A stretch of DNA of 64,000 bases from Mobula birostris (Eukaryota), in NCBI RefSeq assembly GCF_030028105.1, contig NC_092380.1:70057717-70121716 (forward strand), written 5' to 3'. The notes beneath the pieces were generated by a model. It was not told the origin of the DNA and ran no database searches. It saw only the letters and a program-made list of their open reading frames with translations. Of the stretch, positions 1 to 12,510 are shown one piece after another. Position numbers and translations under genes: made by a program. How positions within the stretch are numbered: the first letter of the stretch is position 1; each line of letters opens with the position of its first letter.

Positions 1-1066
1 TGCTGGACTGTTCTGCTCCCCTCCTTGTCTTTCCCCCCTTGCCTGACTCTCTGCCTGGATACCCTGTATACCCCACCTGTATCCCTAAAGTTTTACTGCC
101 GGAACAAGACCGGAGCCTTGTTAGGTCAAGATAAGGAACTGTCTTTCGTTGTGTGGAATTGTCTCTCTGTGTCCACGCCTTCGCTAGGTAGGTCCAGCCA
201 TTTGCCATTACCTAGTGTTGGGAACTGTCTCTTGTGTCTTCGCCTTCACTAGGTGGGTTCGGCCATTTGCCGCCACCTTGTGTTGAGATCTGTCTCTTCA
301 TGTTCAGCGTTCTGTGTATGAGTCCCGGACCTACGTCCTGTTCCCAAGGAGGGGTCCCGGCTCTGTGTTCCATGCTCCCGTCTCTTCTAGCCCAAGGCTC
401 CGTGCTCCTGAAGGCCCTCGTCCAGTCCAGTCCTCTCCGAGTCCTGTCCATGTGCCTTTAACTGTCCTCGTGTCTTGCTCTACTCAGGAGTTCCTCACCC
501 AAGCCATGTCCAGTCCCGTAGCCTTGTCTTGTCCTCGCCTAGTTCTGGAGTCCAAGCCCGAGTCAAGTCCCAGATTCTGGGTCCTTGCCCAGTCTCTGGC
601 TCGGAGTCCATACCTCAAGCCTCAAGACCCAAGCCTGTCTCCGAGCCCCCAGCTTCAAGACCCCAAGCCTCCAGCCTCAAGACCCCAGCCTGTCTCCAAG
701 CCTCAAGCCTCAAGACCCCAGCCACGTCCTGTCCTGCAGCCATGTAATGTCTTTGCCTAGTTCTGGAGTCGGAGCCCGAGGCAAGACCCAGGTTCTGGGT
801 CCTTGTCCAGTCTCTGGCTCGGAGTCCAAGCACAGGCACCTAGTTCATAGTTCCTTGTCCTGGTCCCGCTTTCCCAAGCCCAGGCACTTAGTTTGTAGTT
901 CCTTGTCTGGGTTCCCTGTCTAGTCCATGTCCTGGCCCTAGTCCGCGTTCTTGTCCCTGCTCCTTGTCTGTATCCTGTCACGTCCCTATTCTGGTCAAGT
1001 CCTATTCCTTGTACTTCAGTGTCTGTGTCTTGCATTTGGATCCGTTCCCAACGCCCCACTGGGACA
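1..1066 (+). mobile_element. LTR-like repeat (left end outside window) with internal minisatellites
   Basis: Ends ...gtgtcttgcatttggatcc...tgggACA, like fish Gypsy LTR ends. Internal ~60-bp duplication (~170-295), ctcaag/acccca arrays (~610-725) and repeated agtcc units. No PBS follows. Confidence 0.5.
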
Positions 1067-1369
1067 GGAACTGCACTAGCTGAAGTGGGGGTAGTTAGCA
1101 AAACCTCCCTGGGAGAAGGGAAGGTAGTCGGTAGCCTAGGGTCCGGCCAGTGACTCAGAGTAAGCTAAGATGCCTGCACGGCTGAGGCTGGAAAAAGACC
1201 TGAGAAGAAAACAAGCTAGAGCTACGAGAAAAAGAGAAGGACAAAAGAAAAGAAAAGCGTAGCTACGGGGAAAAAGTAAGAGGAGACTTTGAGGTTCATA
1301 GATGGAGGTTCAGTGAGCGCTCATTGTGTACATTGGGTGGATGGGGTGTCAGGGAGGGGTAGCACCTCT

Positions 1370-1527
1370 GGTGGGGTAACATGTCGCGTCCTTTTCAAGG
1401 CGGTTAGTCCACCTTTGGTCCCCACCTGGCACTCAGCTCTCACCTGTGGCTCCCTGTAGCTGTTTGCATGCAACAGCGGCCACACACCGGGCAACGGCTT
1501 CAACAAGCCGGCTAAACCAGGTGAGGG
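1370..1527 (+). ncRNA. Candidate HDV-like self-cleaving ribozyme
   Basis: P2 1439-1446/1518-1525, P3 1447-1450/1479-1482, L3 starting UCC, GG-GCAA 1489-1494, P4 1495-1500/1505-1510, J4/2 GCUAA 1511-1515. P1 1370-1375/1483-1488 pairs 5 of 6. Confidence 0.55.
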
Positions 1528-1904
1528 TAGCTGACGGGTCTCAAACCCTCGGTGAGATAGGGAATTGTCTATCCCTGCACGTGAAGACAGACTCCAGCGG
1601 ATTGAGCGGACGAGACCAATGGAAGGCCCAATGGTCAAGAAGGCAGTCTCTGCAAGAGTCGTGGAACGTGTAGAGCAGGACAAGACACAGAAGGTGTCCT
1701 GGTCATCCACTGCGCCTAGTCCCATCTCCAGCCGTCTCGGCTCTGTCTTGCCACTGGATCCAGATGGGAATTGGGAAGAGAGTGAGGCTGACGCTGCACA
1801 ACTCTCCCTCACTTAAATCCAAGTCACGCGCTAGTCTCGACACCATCAATAATGGTGTCGAGGTCCTCATCGACGTATGATGGACGAACAACAACAACAA
1901 CAAC
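1370..1904 (+). mobile_element. Short non-autonomous RTE-type element with (AAC)n tail
   Basis: GC-rich structured 5' part and a 3' (AAC)6 microsatellite tail at 1887-1904. No coding capacity. Confidence 0.55.
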
Positions 1905-2049
1905 ATTGTGTGTATAAAGAAACTCTGCTTTCTTAACTGTAATTAAAATCCTAAACAGGAAAAATGGGAAGTGCCAGCAGTCGACTGGCTAGCGCTGATC
2001 CTGCTAATAGACCGAAGAGGTCCAGAGGTAAGATGAAGGCTTTGAGCAC

Positions 2050-3290
2050 TCAACTACAGGTAGGAAAAAGACCATCAAAAGATTAAAAAGATAAAATGGC
2101 ACCACCAGAAAATAGGAGACCTTTTTTGGGGCAGGTGTGACCTGCACAAAAAGGACAAGTTGCACTTGAATCCCAGGGGGACCAATATCCTGGCAGGGAG
2201 GTTTGCTAAGACTACTGGGGAGATTTTAAACTGGAATTGTTGGGGGGTGGGAACCGAACTGAAGAGACTGGGGAAGAGGCGGTTGGCTTACAAATAGAGA
2301 AAGCTTGGAGACAGTGTGTGAGGGAGGATAGGCAGGTGATAGAGAAGGGACGCACTCAGATGGACGGTTTGAGATGTGTCTATTTTAACAAAAGGAGTAT
2401 TGTGAACAAAGCGAATGAGCTTAGAGCGTGGATCAGTACTTGGAGCTATGATGTGGTGGCCATTACAGAGACTTGGATGGCTCAGGGACAGGAATGGTTA
2501 CTTCAAGTGCCGGTTTTAGATGTTTCAAAAAGGACAGGGAGGGAGGCAAAAGAGGTGGGGGTGTGGCACTGTTGATCAGAGATAGTGTCACGGCTGCAGA
2601 AAAGGTGGACGTCATGGAGGGATTGTCTACTGAGTCTCTGTGGGTGGAGGTTAGGAAGAGGAAGGAGTCAATAACTTTACAGAGTGATTTTTATAGGCCG
2701 CCCAATAGTAACAGGGATATCGAGGAGCAGATAGGGAAACAGATCCTGGAAGGGTGTAATAATAACAGAGTTGTCATGATGGGAATTTAATTTCCCAAAT
2801 ATCAATTGGCATCTCCCTAGAACAAGGGGTTTAGATGGGGTGGAGTTTGTTAGGTGTGTTCAGGAAGGTTTCTTGACACAATATGTAGATAAGCCTACAA
2901 GAGGAGAGACTACTTGATTTGGTATGGGGAAATGAACCTGGTCAGGTGTCAGATCTTTGTGAGAGAGCATTTTGGAGATAGTGATCATAATTCTATCTCT
3001 TTACAATAGCATTGGAGAGAGATAGGAACAGACAAGTTAGAAAAGCGTTTAATTGGAGTAAGGAGAATTATGAGGCTATCAGACAGGAGATTGGAAGCTT
3101 AAATTGGGAACAGATGTTCTCAGGGAAAAGTACAGAAGAAATGTGGCAAATGTTCAGGGGATATTTGTGTGGAGTTTTGCATAGGTACATTCCAATGAGA
3201 CAGGGAAATTATAATAGGTTACAGGAACCATGTAGGGTACGAAGGCTATAATAAATCTAGTCAAGAAGAAAAGAAAAGCTTATAATAGTA
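2050..3290 (+). mobile_element. CR1 LINE fragment (ORF1 esterase end plus ORF2 APE), degraded
   Basis: HLNPRGTNILAGRF, LRCVYFN..SYDVVAITETW, FYRPPNSNRDIEEQI motifs with frameshifts. Confidence 0.85.
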
Positions 3291-5515
3291 TCTCTGACCA
3301 GTAATGCCACCCCTCCTCCCTTCCCCCCACATCCCTTTTAAAGCACTGAAATCCAGGAATATTGAGAATCCATTCCTGCCCTGGTGCCAGCCAAGTCTCT
3401 GTAATGCCCACTACATCATAATTCCATGTATGTATCCAAGCTCTCAGTTCATCACCTTTGTTCCTGAAGCTTCTTGCATTGAAATACATGCACTTTAGCC
3501 CTTCTACCTTCCTACCTTTACACCATTTATTCTGCTTCTCTTTCCTCAAAGCTCTCTATATGTTAGATCTAGCTTTACTCCATACACTTCTTTCACTGCT
3601 CTATCGCTCCGGATCCCATCCCCCTTGCAAATTTGTTTAAAACCTCCTGAACCATGCTAGCAAACCTACCTGCAAGGATATTCCTCCCCCTCGAGTTCAG
3701 GTGCAACCCATCCAATCTGTACAGGTCCCACCTTCCTCAGAAGAGATTCCAATGATCCAAAAATCTAAAACCCTGCCTCCTGCACCAACTCTTCAGCCAC
3801 ACATTCAACTGCTATCTCCTCCAATTCTTACCATCACTATCACGTAGCACTGGCAGCAATCCTGAGAACGCCACCCTTGAGGTCCTGTTCTTCAGCCTTC
3901 TGCCTAGTTCCCGAAACTCACACTTCAGGACCTCATCCCTCTTCCTGCTTATATCGTTGGTGCCAACTTGTATCACGACTTCTAGTTGCTTTCCCTCTCG
4001 TACCAGGATGTCGTGCACCCAGTCAGAGACATCCCGGACCCTGGCACCTGGGAGGCAACAAACCATGCGGGTGTCCTTCTCACATCCACAAAATCTCCTG
4101 TCTGCTCCCCTGACTATAGAGTCTCCAATGACGACAGCTCTCCTCTTCTCCATCCCACCCTTCTGCACCACAGGGTCAGACTCAGTGCCGGAGGCCCTGC
4201 CACCGTGGCTCACACCTAGTCGGTCATCCAGGACGATAAACTTATTATTCAGGGGAATGGCTACAGGGGTGCACTGCACTACCTGTGTACTCACTGTTAC
4301 GTACCCCGTAAATGGGTTGCCAAACCAGCAGAAATGGACCACTTAGTTGGAGTCTGGATTACTGGAACTAAGAAAGTTTTATTAAAGAAATAAGTAACAC
4401 AGTACTCTAATCGTAAGGATATAAATGCAACAGGTTAGCAATGATAAAACACACATGTACACAGAACTAGGGTAGTAGGAATCAAACAAGCTCTATCGCA
4501 GTCTAGGGGTAAAATGATCAGTCTCAAGTGACGGAGAGTTCAGTTCAGCTTAGTACAGTTCGCAGTAATCGCTGTTGTGCCGTTGGGGAGAGAGAGAGAG
4601 AGAGGATGATATGCAAATCTGATTCAGACAGGCCTTGATGTTGTTCTCAGTTAGCTTTCGGGTGAACCCTTTTATGACTTCTGTGGTCACCGACTGTGAC
4701 CCCTCCGTTCTGGATACGACCGTTCTTCCGCGGTGAACCCGGCACCCAGGCAAGGGCGGACACACACACCAGGTTCCCTCCAATTGTACCTTTTCACCCT
4801 GTGCGTCTATGGTCGGTTCCCGCGACCAGATCTTCAAACTCCCACCAACTTGTGGGGGCACACCGCTGTTCCAGGGTCTTGTTATCTCGTGATCTCGTGG
4901 TGTGTGTCGTGCCTTAGCAAACCTGTTCTTTTTATCCCCCTGCTGGGGTATCGCCTGTCCATCAAACTTCAAACAGTTCAGGTTCAAAGCAACCGGTCTG
5001 TCAATACTCTTAATTGTGTTTCTCTTCCGTTATCTCTCTCTCCTCTCTCATTAACATTTTGAATGCTTCTCCATTGTCTCCCTTATCTCTCTCATCAGTA
5101 TCAATCTTCTCATAACTTGGTTTTTCGTCACATCACCTTCACTTTCCCCCCTCTGACTGTCACCCAATCACCTGCTTCTGGCAGCCTAGGTGTGACTACC
5201 TCCCTGTAGCTCTCATTTATGACTGCCTCATTCTCCCTCACGAGCCGAAGGTCATCCAGTTGCTGCTCCATATTCCTTACACAGTCTTCCCGATCACCCA
5301 GCCGCATGCACTTCTGGCAGATGTGACTCTGTGGAGAGGGGAATTCCCCCAAGACTGCCACATCCCACATGAGAGGCACATCACCGTCTCAGGAGGCATT
5401 GTAAAGACTAATTGGGAGCAAGCTCGTCCGCCGCCTCTTTTCGTCGAATCCTCTCGAGTCAAAGCCTCAAATCACTACTCCTTCACTGGCCCACTCACTC
5501 ACTGGCCACTTTCAG
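3290..5515 (-). mobile_element. CR1 LINE 5' half (5'UTR, ORF1 zinc finger/esterase, start of ORF2), interrupted by a solo LTR
   Basis: CLSCGMW..HICQKC, VIGDSIVRG esterase motif, LKCMYFNARS..VGITETW. ORF1 resumes on both sides of the LTR. Confidence 0.88.
4295..5132 (-). mobile_element. Solo LTR (838 bp) with 4-bp TSD TCAC
   Basis: TGTTACG...CGTCACA termini; TCAC at 4291-4294 and 5133-5136. AATAAA on the minus strand near 4380 suggests the orientation. Confidence 0.85.
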
Positions 5516-6269
5516 TATTCTCTCTGATCCTGGAGACGTGCATGTCTCTCCTCCTCTGTCTCTTCTTCTCTCATCTTTTTTTGTCCTGACTCTTTGATCC
5601 TGGAGTCGTGCATCCCTGGCCTCATCCGATTCTTGTTCTCTCTTCCCGATGACGTTTGGGGTCATCTCTTGACCATAATGTCACCCTTCCCTTTCCACGT
5701 GGCATAATTAGGCTGACCATTTTTTTACCCTAATGCTGGATAGAAGATATGAAGCAGTAATACCAAAGGATGCTGATAATTCTTGATGATTTGGTTGGCG
5801 CTCTCCTAAATGGATGTGATATAGTCACCACTGTTCTTTGACTGCAGCAAAGGGTTTTATGAGTGTCTCGAAGTACATCATTACAATAAGATTTAATTAT
5901 CTCATATTGATGGGTGGCAATTAGATCTGTCCCAATCCTGCACATGCTGATGGGGATTAGCAGAATGTGACCCCTCGAAATAGAGCTGCCCTGCCCTTTT
6001 GCTCCAGTAGGTGTTGCTGCTGAGGCTGGCCGTGTGCATGCGTCGGGCTGTCGCGTCCTGATTTCGGTGATGGCCAATTAGGTGTCGTGTGAAAGCTAGC
6101 CTGTTGATTTTTGGGGAATGAGCGATTTTATGCGAATATATAACCCTGAACTTTGCCTGCATTTTGTAAGTTAGCACATTTTCATTCGATTTAGCCAAAA
6201 AAAGTGCCGCTGTAATGCACTGTTTGCGCTAACTGGAGGTCACAGACAGAACATGAGGGTTTTAGTATT

Positions 6270-6805
6270 ATGCAGTATATTTTAAGTGCGAGGCACACAC
6301 CTCAACCGAGTATGAGGTCTCCAATGGAATTCGGTTTGCAGACATTGTAGCAAAACAGGTGGGCGTTCAGCAACAACCTGTGCTACAGACCCCTCGGATT
6401 GAATCGGGAGGGAAGAAGCTCCCTGTGTGTATTGATGTTCAGCAGCTGCAGGAAGCCCAAAATCTTGCCTCACAGCAAGACAAATGTGCGTGGAGAAAAT
6501 CTGCATGTTACCAGAATACAGGCTATGGCGTCACCGAGACGGCCGAGAAGTGTGCCTGCATAGTTTATTTTTGCCCCTGGCTCACCTGGCACATGGCCAG
6601 GCTCACATGGGCAAAGGAGGGATGCAGCACGCCATCACTCAACAATGGTACGCCCCAGGAATAACAGTAACCATCGAGAAGGTAGGACGAAGTTGTTTAG
6701 TTTGCCAGCAAAACAATAGAGGAAAGTCGCCCGCTAGATTTGATCACCTGCCACAACCGGAAATGCCTTTTGAAAACCTGCAAATTGACTTTGTATCTAT
6801 GCCTG
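6270..6805 (+). mobile_element. Retroviral (class I/epsilon-like ERV) pol fragment: RNase H C-terminus to integrase N-terminus
   Basis: KCEAHT..EVSNGIRFADIVAK (RNase H end), H..HMGKGGM..WYAPGI..CLVCQQNN (HHCC) and PFENLQIDF (first catalytic D). Truncated at a GA microsatellite. Confidence 0.8.
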
Positions 6806-6844
6806 ACTGTGTGAGAGGGAGAGGGAGAGGGAGAGGGAGAGAAG

Positions 6845-7330
6845 TTTGTTTACAATTTTGCAAGGGCACTAGCAGCTACCAAGTTCTTACAGAGAGAGAA
6901 GGGAGGAGCTGCTTGATGGACAGTTGGTGGTCAACATACTCAACCAAAACGTTTCCATAAAGGGCTTCCAGACCGTTTGGGCCGACCGGAAGTGCACCGG
7001 AGAGCGGTAAGCTTAAAGGAGGGGGGCTTGCTGTGCTGGTTAATAACAGATGGTGCAATCCTCATCATATTACGATCAAGGAACGTGTTTGTAGCCCGGA
7101 TATTGAACTTTTTGCTGTTGCACTGCGGCCATATTATTTGCCAAGGGAAATCTCACATGCAATTGTGGTTGTTGTGTACATCCCTCCCTCTGCTAACCCA
7201 ACGTCGGCGTGTAACATCATTTATACCATTGGGCACAGGAGTACATTCAGCCAGAGACTCATTCCATCAGGATGCAGCACTGAGCAACATGGGAAGTCAT
7301 TCCTGCCTGTGGCCATCAAACGTTGCAGCT
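6845..7330 (+). mobile_element. Rex1/Babar-type LINE, internally deleted
   Basis: APE motif CSPDIELFAVALRPYYLPREI..VYIPPSA joined directly to the 3' end motif RSTFSQRLI..KSFLPVAI. Confidence 0.7.
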
Positions 7331-7399
7331 CCTCTCACCCTGGGCCACTGAGCTGGTCCTGGACATATTTCTGTCTGAGGAAAGCGCCCTTTTATGTGT

Positions 7400-8265
7400 T
7401 AACAATTGGCTATTTGATTTAGCTTTTTAGTTGATGTTACCAGCCATCTCAGTGATCTAAATTTGAAACTCCAGGGCAAGAACAAATTGTTTCCTAGCTT
7501 AGTAAATGATATCAATGCATTCAAGATAAACTTAAAACTGTTCACTGTTCGGTAAGAAAATGAGGATTTGAGCTAGTTTCCGCACTTAAAAGAGCAGAGT
7601 GAATGTGCTGAAGATAATGGCGATTTTACAAAATATATTGAAAAAAATAAGTTTATTGCAAGTCATTTTCGTTATTTTGCTAAAGAAGACTGCATACTTG
7701 CATTTATAAACCTATTTTCACTTAGTGAACAAAAAATCATGAAGATGCCTAGTAACATACAAATGGAACTTATTTTCTTGAAAACAAATTCATTATTGAA
7801 CATGAAATTTGATGAGCTTCCCTTAGTCCCAAATGCTTCTGACATGATTAATTTCAGGCGATCATTACCCTGTGAACATTTTCCAGAACAAAGTTTGCCC
7901 AGAGTTATATCTGCTGTTTCAGAATGATGTAGATGTGAACAAGCATTTTCAGCCATGAAATTGATTAAAAACAAAACGAGATTGCGATTGACTGATTCAA
8001 ACTTGAAGAATTCTCTGCTGCTCTCAGTAACTAATTTAACTCCAAACATTAAAATCTTGGCAAAATCAAAACAAACTCAAAAATCTCATTAAGATAAGTA
8101 ATGTTTATCTTGTCTTTATATTCAATCAATATGTCATATAAAAATGCTAAATATGTCTATATTAACATTTTTACAAGAATTGAATAGGGGTACAAGAGTT
8201 GTATGGCGCATCTGTACTCGTGTGGAAAAATTGATGCATCGAATGTAAACAGTTGGCCACCCCTG
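7400..8265 (+). mobile_element. hAT (Charlie/SPIN-like) transposon 3' fragment with right TIR
   Basis: CEQAFSAMKLIKNKTRLRLTDSNLKNSLLL dimerisation-domain motif, stop at ~8090-8092, and terminal gttggccacccctg. Confidence 0.8.
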
Positions 8266-9654
8266 TTCTAGTCCTGTTATATTTAGTCCTACCATCTGAT
8301 TAAAGACTCATGTAGAATCCAAAAGGGGTAACCATTCACAGTTCATCAAAAAAGAAATATTAGTATTTACAATAAGTTCTCTCAATGACAGATTTAACAA
8401 TTAGTCATAGATCTGTAAAGCTCAGATTCAGCCACTCAGATTCTGGAGTACTTTCAATTAGCACCATTCTTCCTCTCAGTACTTACATGGGTTGTGTTAC
8501 ACACAAAGGGAAGGCTCTGGTTTTACAGCCGCTGTAGAAGACAAGACAGATTTTTGATTTTGTTCTGTACTCTCTTCTAAATACTGCCAAGAGAGCTAAT
8601 GCACTGCATCAGAGAAATACTGCAACCAATAGGTTGTGGGCTGGACATCACCCCATATGATTGCTTGATGTGAACTAAGTTAAAACATCAAAAACATACA
8701 AATATGTAGCAAAGATTTCAAATAATACAAACATCATGCAATACTTAATTTTAAGTTAAATAATCAAAAGTATATAGCTTTACATGTTGCTGCCCTGAGG
8801 ATACAACATCCAACCCCATCTACCCTCAGTTCTTCATGTAATTCACCAGAAATTTTTCAAAATATTTGTCATCCTTCAGCACCAAATGCATCTGTCTTAG
8901 CCCAAAACGGACTGTTTGTTCGTTTCCCTGGATGCTGTCTGACCTTCTGAGTTCTTCTAGCATTTTCTGTCAGTTGCTTTAGCTCTTAATCATAGTGCAT
9001 GCATTCTATGTCTAGCAGGACACTAGCCTGGCTTATATTGGTATTATTATGAATGATGAGCACTGCTCCTAAAAGAGTCAAACTTGATTTCTGGCTGCAA
9101 ACAAATGAAAATCTAGATTTCCCAAGTGAATTTTAGTAGTTTTAAGGCTTGAACATTACAGTTTTCGGAGATTTCAGGTTCGTGGTTTTTCCCCAGCCTT
9201 CCTCTTTGGGTTCATAACAGGAACCCCAACAATGTAACTATGCTGTTTTAGGTCAGGCCCAGGATTTCAAAAGAGTGAAGGATGCAAGGTGTTTCTTCTT
9301 ATATATTTTCAGGAACCATGTCATTGTTACAGTAGCTGTCCACAATATCCACCAGATTCACTTCCTTTCCTTTCTTGAATATTGGATCAGGCCCAAATGC
9401 ATGATTCCTTCACTGCCTCACCTCCAATCCTGGTTCCCTCTGCCTTTTACCTCTCCCCTCATGGTTCCCATGATCATCCTCCTTTCTTATCAGATTCCAG
9501 CACTGGTAGCCTTTGTGTTCCTACTTATCATTCTCCAGCAACTGTATCCACCTTCACTCTCCCCACCTCCCTCTTAGCTGTCTGCCTCCATCAATCATGT
9601 CTGTCCACTCCACCTTCCCCTTCCTCTAGCTGGCTCAATCTGCCTGTCATCTTG

Positions 9655-10345
9655 ATTTTTTTTTTGTAATTTATTTTTTAATTAAATTCCATCATCAAAC
9701 ATTTCCATAAGATGTATTTCAGATACTGTACATATATATCATATAATCATATTTGTCACAAATCTCCACATAATATTTATCTGAGGTATACACTTATAAG
9801 AAAGGAGAGGAAAGAAAGAACAATCAAAAGATGAAAACTATGTACAGAGTAGGGAGTGATTTTTTTAACAACATATTCATTGACTTGTGAGAATAAAATC
9901 AGTCCTATGAGGTGTTATGTAGTTAAACCATATTTTTCAGTATGAATAAAATTGTTCCAAGTTATGATTAACAGATGCTGTTTCTTCTCCATTTTGTAAA
10001 TTTCCATTGTAATTTCCATCCATACATTTAAAGTTGGGCTCTCCTGTGACAACCATTTCCTGGTAAGGGTCTTTTTACCAGCCACCAGCAGTACATTCAT
10101 TAAATATTTATCTCTTTTCAACCATTCTTGAGGTATATACCCAAAGTATATGGTCTTACTCTCTAAGGGTATTTCACATTTAAAGACGTCTTGTAGGGCA
10201 TTATGTATCCCAGTCCAATAGTCTTTGATAATGGGGCTTTCCCAGAAAATATGATAATAGTTTTCATTTTGATTTCCACAATTTCTCCAGCAAGCAGGGT
10301 GGTTACTACCATAATGGGATTTCTGAGAGGGTGTAATAAACTGCC
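9655..10345 (-). mobile_element. L1 3' fragment
   Basis: CWRNCG..YHIFWE zinc-knuckle region, ending in an A-rich tail (T-run on the plus strand near 9655). Confidence 0.8.
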
Positions 10346-10789
10346 TGTCACCTTTCAACTCCCTTCTCCCCAGTCAACCAATCACTTGCCGTTTTCTTAC
10401 ATTGGCATTTCCTCTCTCAGTCCTGATGGAGCGTTCAATAATAAATATCAACAATACAGTTCCCTCATCAGATGCTGCTCAACTGACTAGACTCATCCAG
10501 CAGTTTGTTTGTATTTTTTTGCCTCAGTCTTTATTCTTTTGAGTTCCATTTCCATCCTTTTGCAGTGCTTCTGAAGGACCAGTGTATGCAGCCAACACAT
10601 TAGTTGTAAGATGATTAGCTGTACTGATCTAGAACATTTACAGGTCAGTATCAGAAGTGGATTGAACCTACCCACTGTTTGCTGAAATATTTTAAAAATC
10701 TCTCTTTAGACAATTTCTTTCAACTCTGGAACCTGTAATTTTACAAAACAGCTTCTTCTGTTCTGATACATAGTCTCTGTTGTAGTGTC

Positions 10790-11470
10790 ATGAAGAGCCA
10801 TAGAAAAGTACAGCACAGAAGCAGGCTCTTTGGCCCATCTATTCCATGCTAAACCATCTAAACTGCCTAATGCCATTGACCTGCACCAGGACAATAGCCT
10901 TTCATACCCCTCCCATCCATGTACCTATCCAAACTTCTCTTAAATGTTGAAATCAACCTCACATGCACCACTTGTACTAGCAACGTATTCCACACTCTGA
11001 GTGAAGAAGTTCCCCCAATAGTCCCCTTAAACTTTTCACCTTTCACTCCCAACCCATGACCTCTAGTTGTTGTTCTACTCAGCATCAGTAGAAAAAAAAG
11101 CCTGCTTGCATTTACCCTATCTATATGCCTCATAATTTAGTATACCTCAATCAAATCTCTCAATCTTCCATACCTGAAGAAATAAATCCTATCCTATTTA
11201 ATCTTTCCATATAACTCAGGTCTTTCAGATCCAGCAATGTCCTTGTAAATTTTCTCTGTACTCATTTCAACCTTATTTACAACTTTTCTGTAGGTAAATA
11301 ACCAAAACTGCACACAGTACCCCAAATTAGCCCTCAACAACTTCAACATATCATCTCATCAGCCGTACTCGGTACTTTGATTTATGAAAGCCGATGTGCC
11401 AAAAGCTTTCTTTACAGACCTAGTAACCTGTGATGCCACTTTTAATAAACTATAGACCTGTACAATGGCT
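10790..11470 (-). mobile_element. CR1 3' fragment
   Basis: TRGHGLGVKGEKFKG..RVWN..FKRSLDRYMD RT C-terminus plus CR1 3'UTR. Confidence 0.8.
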
Positions 11471-11789
11471 TTCTTAGCTACCCCTCTCCTTTGATTTATA
11501 CCCCTCCAATAGTTTAATCTTTTTCAACTTTACAAAAATAGGGAAAGATTTCTATGATATTTTCAACTTTTATCTTCTCTTTGTAGCCTGGTCTTTATTT
11601 TGGGGTCTGTATTAAGTGTTCAAAGTCAGAGCTATCTTTAACATTCAACAACACTGACATTTTTTGAATAAGCTGAACAATCAAGTTAAATACTGTTTTA
11701 GAGAGTTCTTCCAACAGAATCAACTACATAGCTGAGGATCTTGAGAAACAACCACTAGCCAAGCCGAGCAAGGACAGCAGATATTAGTA

Positions 11790-11935
11790 TCACAAACATG
11801 AGAAAATCTGTAGATACTGGAAATTCAGAGCAATACACATTTCTCCTCTTCATTCGCAGTCCTGATGAAGAGTCTCAGCCTGAAACGTAGACTGTTTACA
11901 TGCCCGAGTTCCTCCAGCATTTTCTGGGTGTTGCA
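11790..11935 (+). mobile_element. Short Penelope-derived element with minimal hammerhead core
   Basis: CTGATGA (11862-11868), short stem II region, GAAAC (11882-11886), then GTA. Confidence 0.65.
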
Positions 11936-12182
11936 GCAGATATTAGCACTGGGGTTTTTGTGACTGTTCTAAAAGTTTCACACCCACATCATGTATATCC
12001 ACTTTTTAACTCAAGGCTTATTTAATCATCCTAAAAAGGTTCACTGCTTCCATTTACATAGTATTAGATAAACTCTCTGCAAATAATCAATAGATCCGAC
12101 AGCACCTGTAGAGAAAGAAACAGAGTTAACCTTTCCATTTAATATCCCTTCATCAAAGCACACTAAGAATTCCACATCAGTT

Positions 12183-12510
12183 GATGTGGATAGGCTTTTT
12201 CCATTGAGAGTGGGGGAGATTCAAACAAGAGGACATGAGTTGGGAATTAAAGGGCAAAAGTTTAGGGGTAACATGAGGGGGAACTTCCTTACTCAGAGGG
12301 TGGTAGCTGTGTGGAACGAGCTTCCAGCAGAAGTGGTTGAGGCAGGTTCGATGTTGTCATTTAAAGTTCAATTGGATAGCTATATGGACAGGAAAGGAAT
12401 GGAGGATTACGGGCTGAGTGCAGGTTGGTGGGACTGGGTAAGAGTAAGAGTTCGGCATGGACTAGAAGGGCCGAGATGGCCCGTTTCTGTGCTGTAATTG
12501 TTATATTGTT
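12183..12510 (+). mobile_element. CR1 3' fragment
   Basis: DRLFPLRVGEIQTRGHELGIKGQKFRGNMRGNFLTQRVVAVWNELP. Confidence 0.85.

Noticed and set aside
314-1101. Pro/Ser/Gln-rich ORFs of 90-148 aa
   Set aside because: They are translations of LTR minisatellites.
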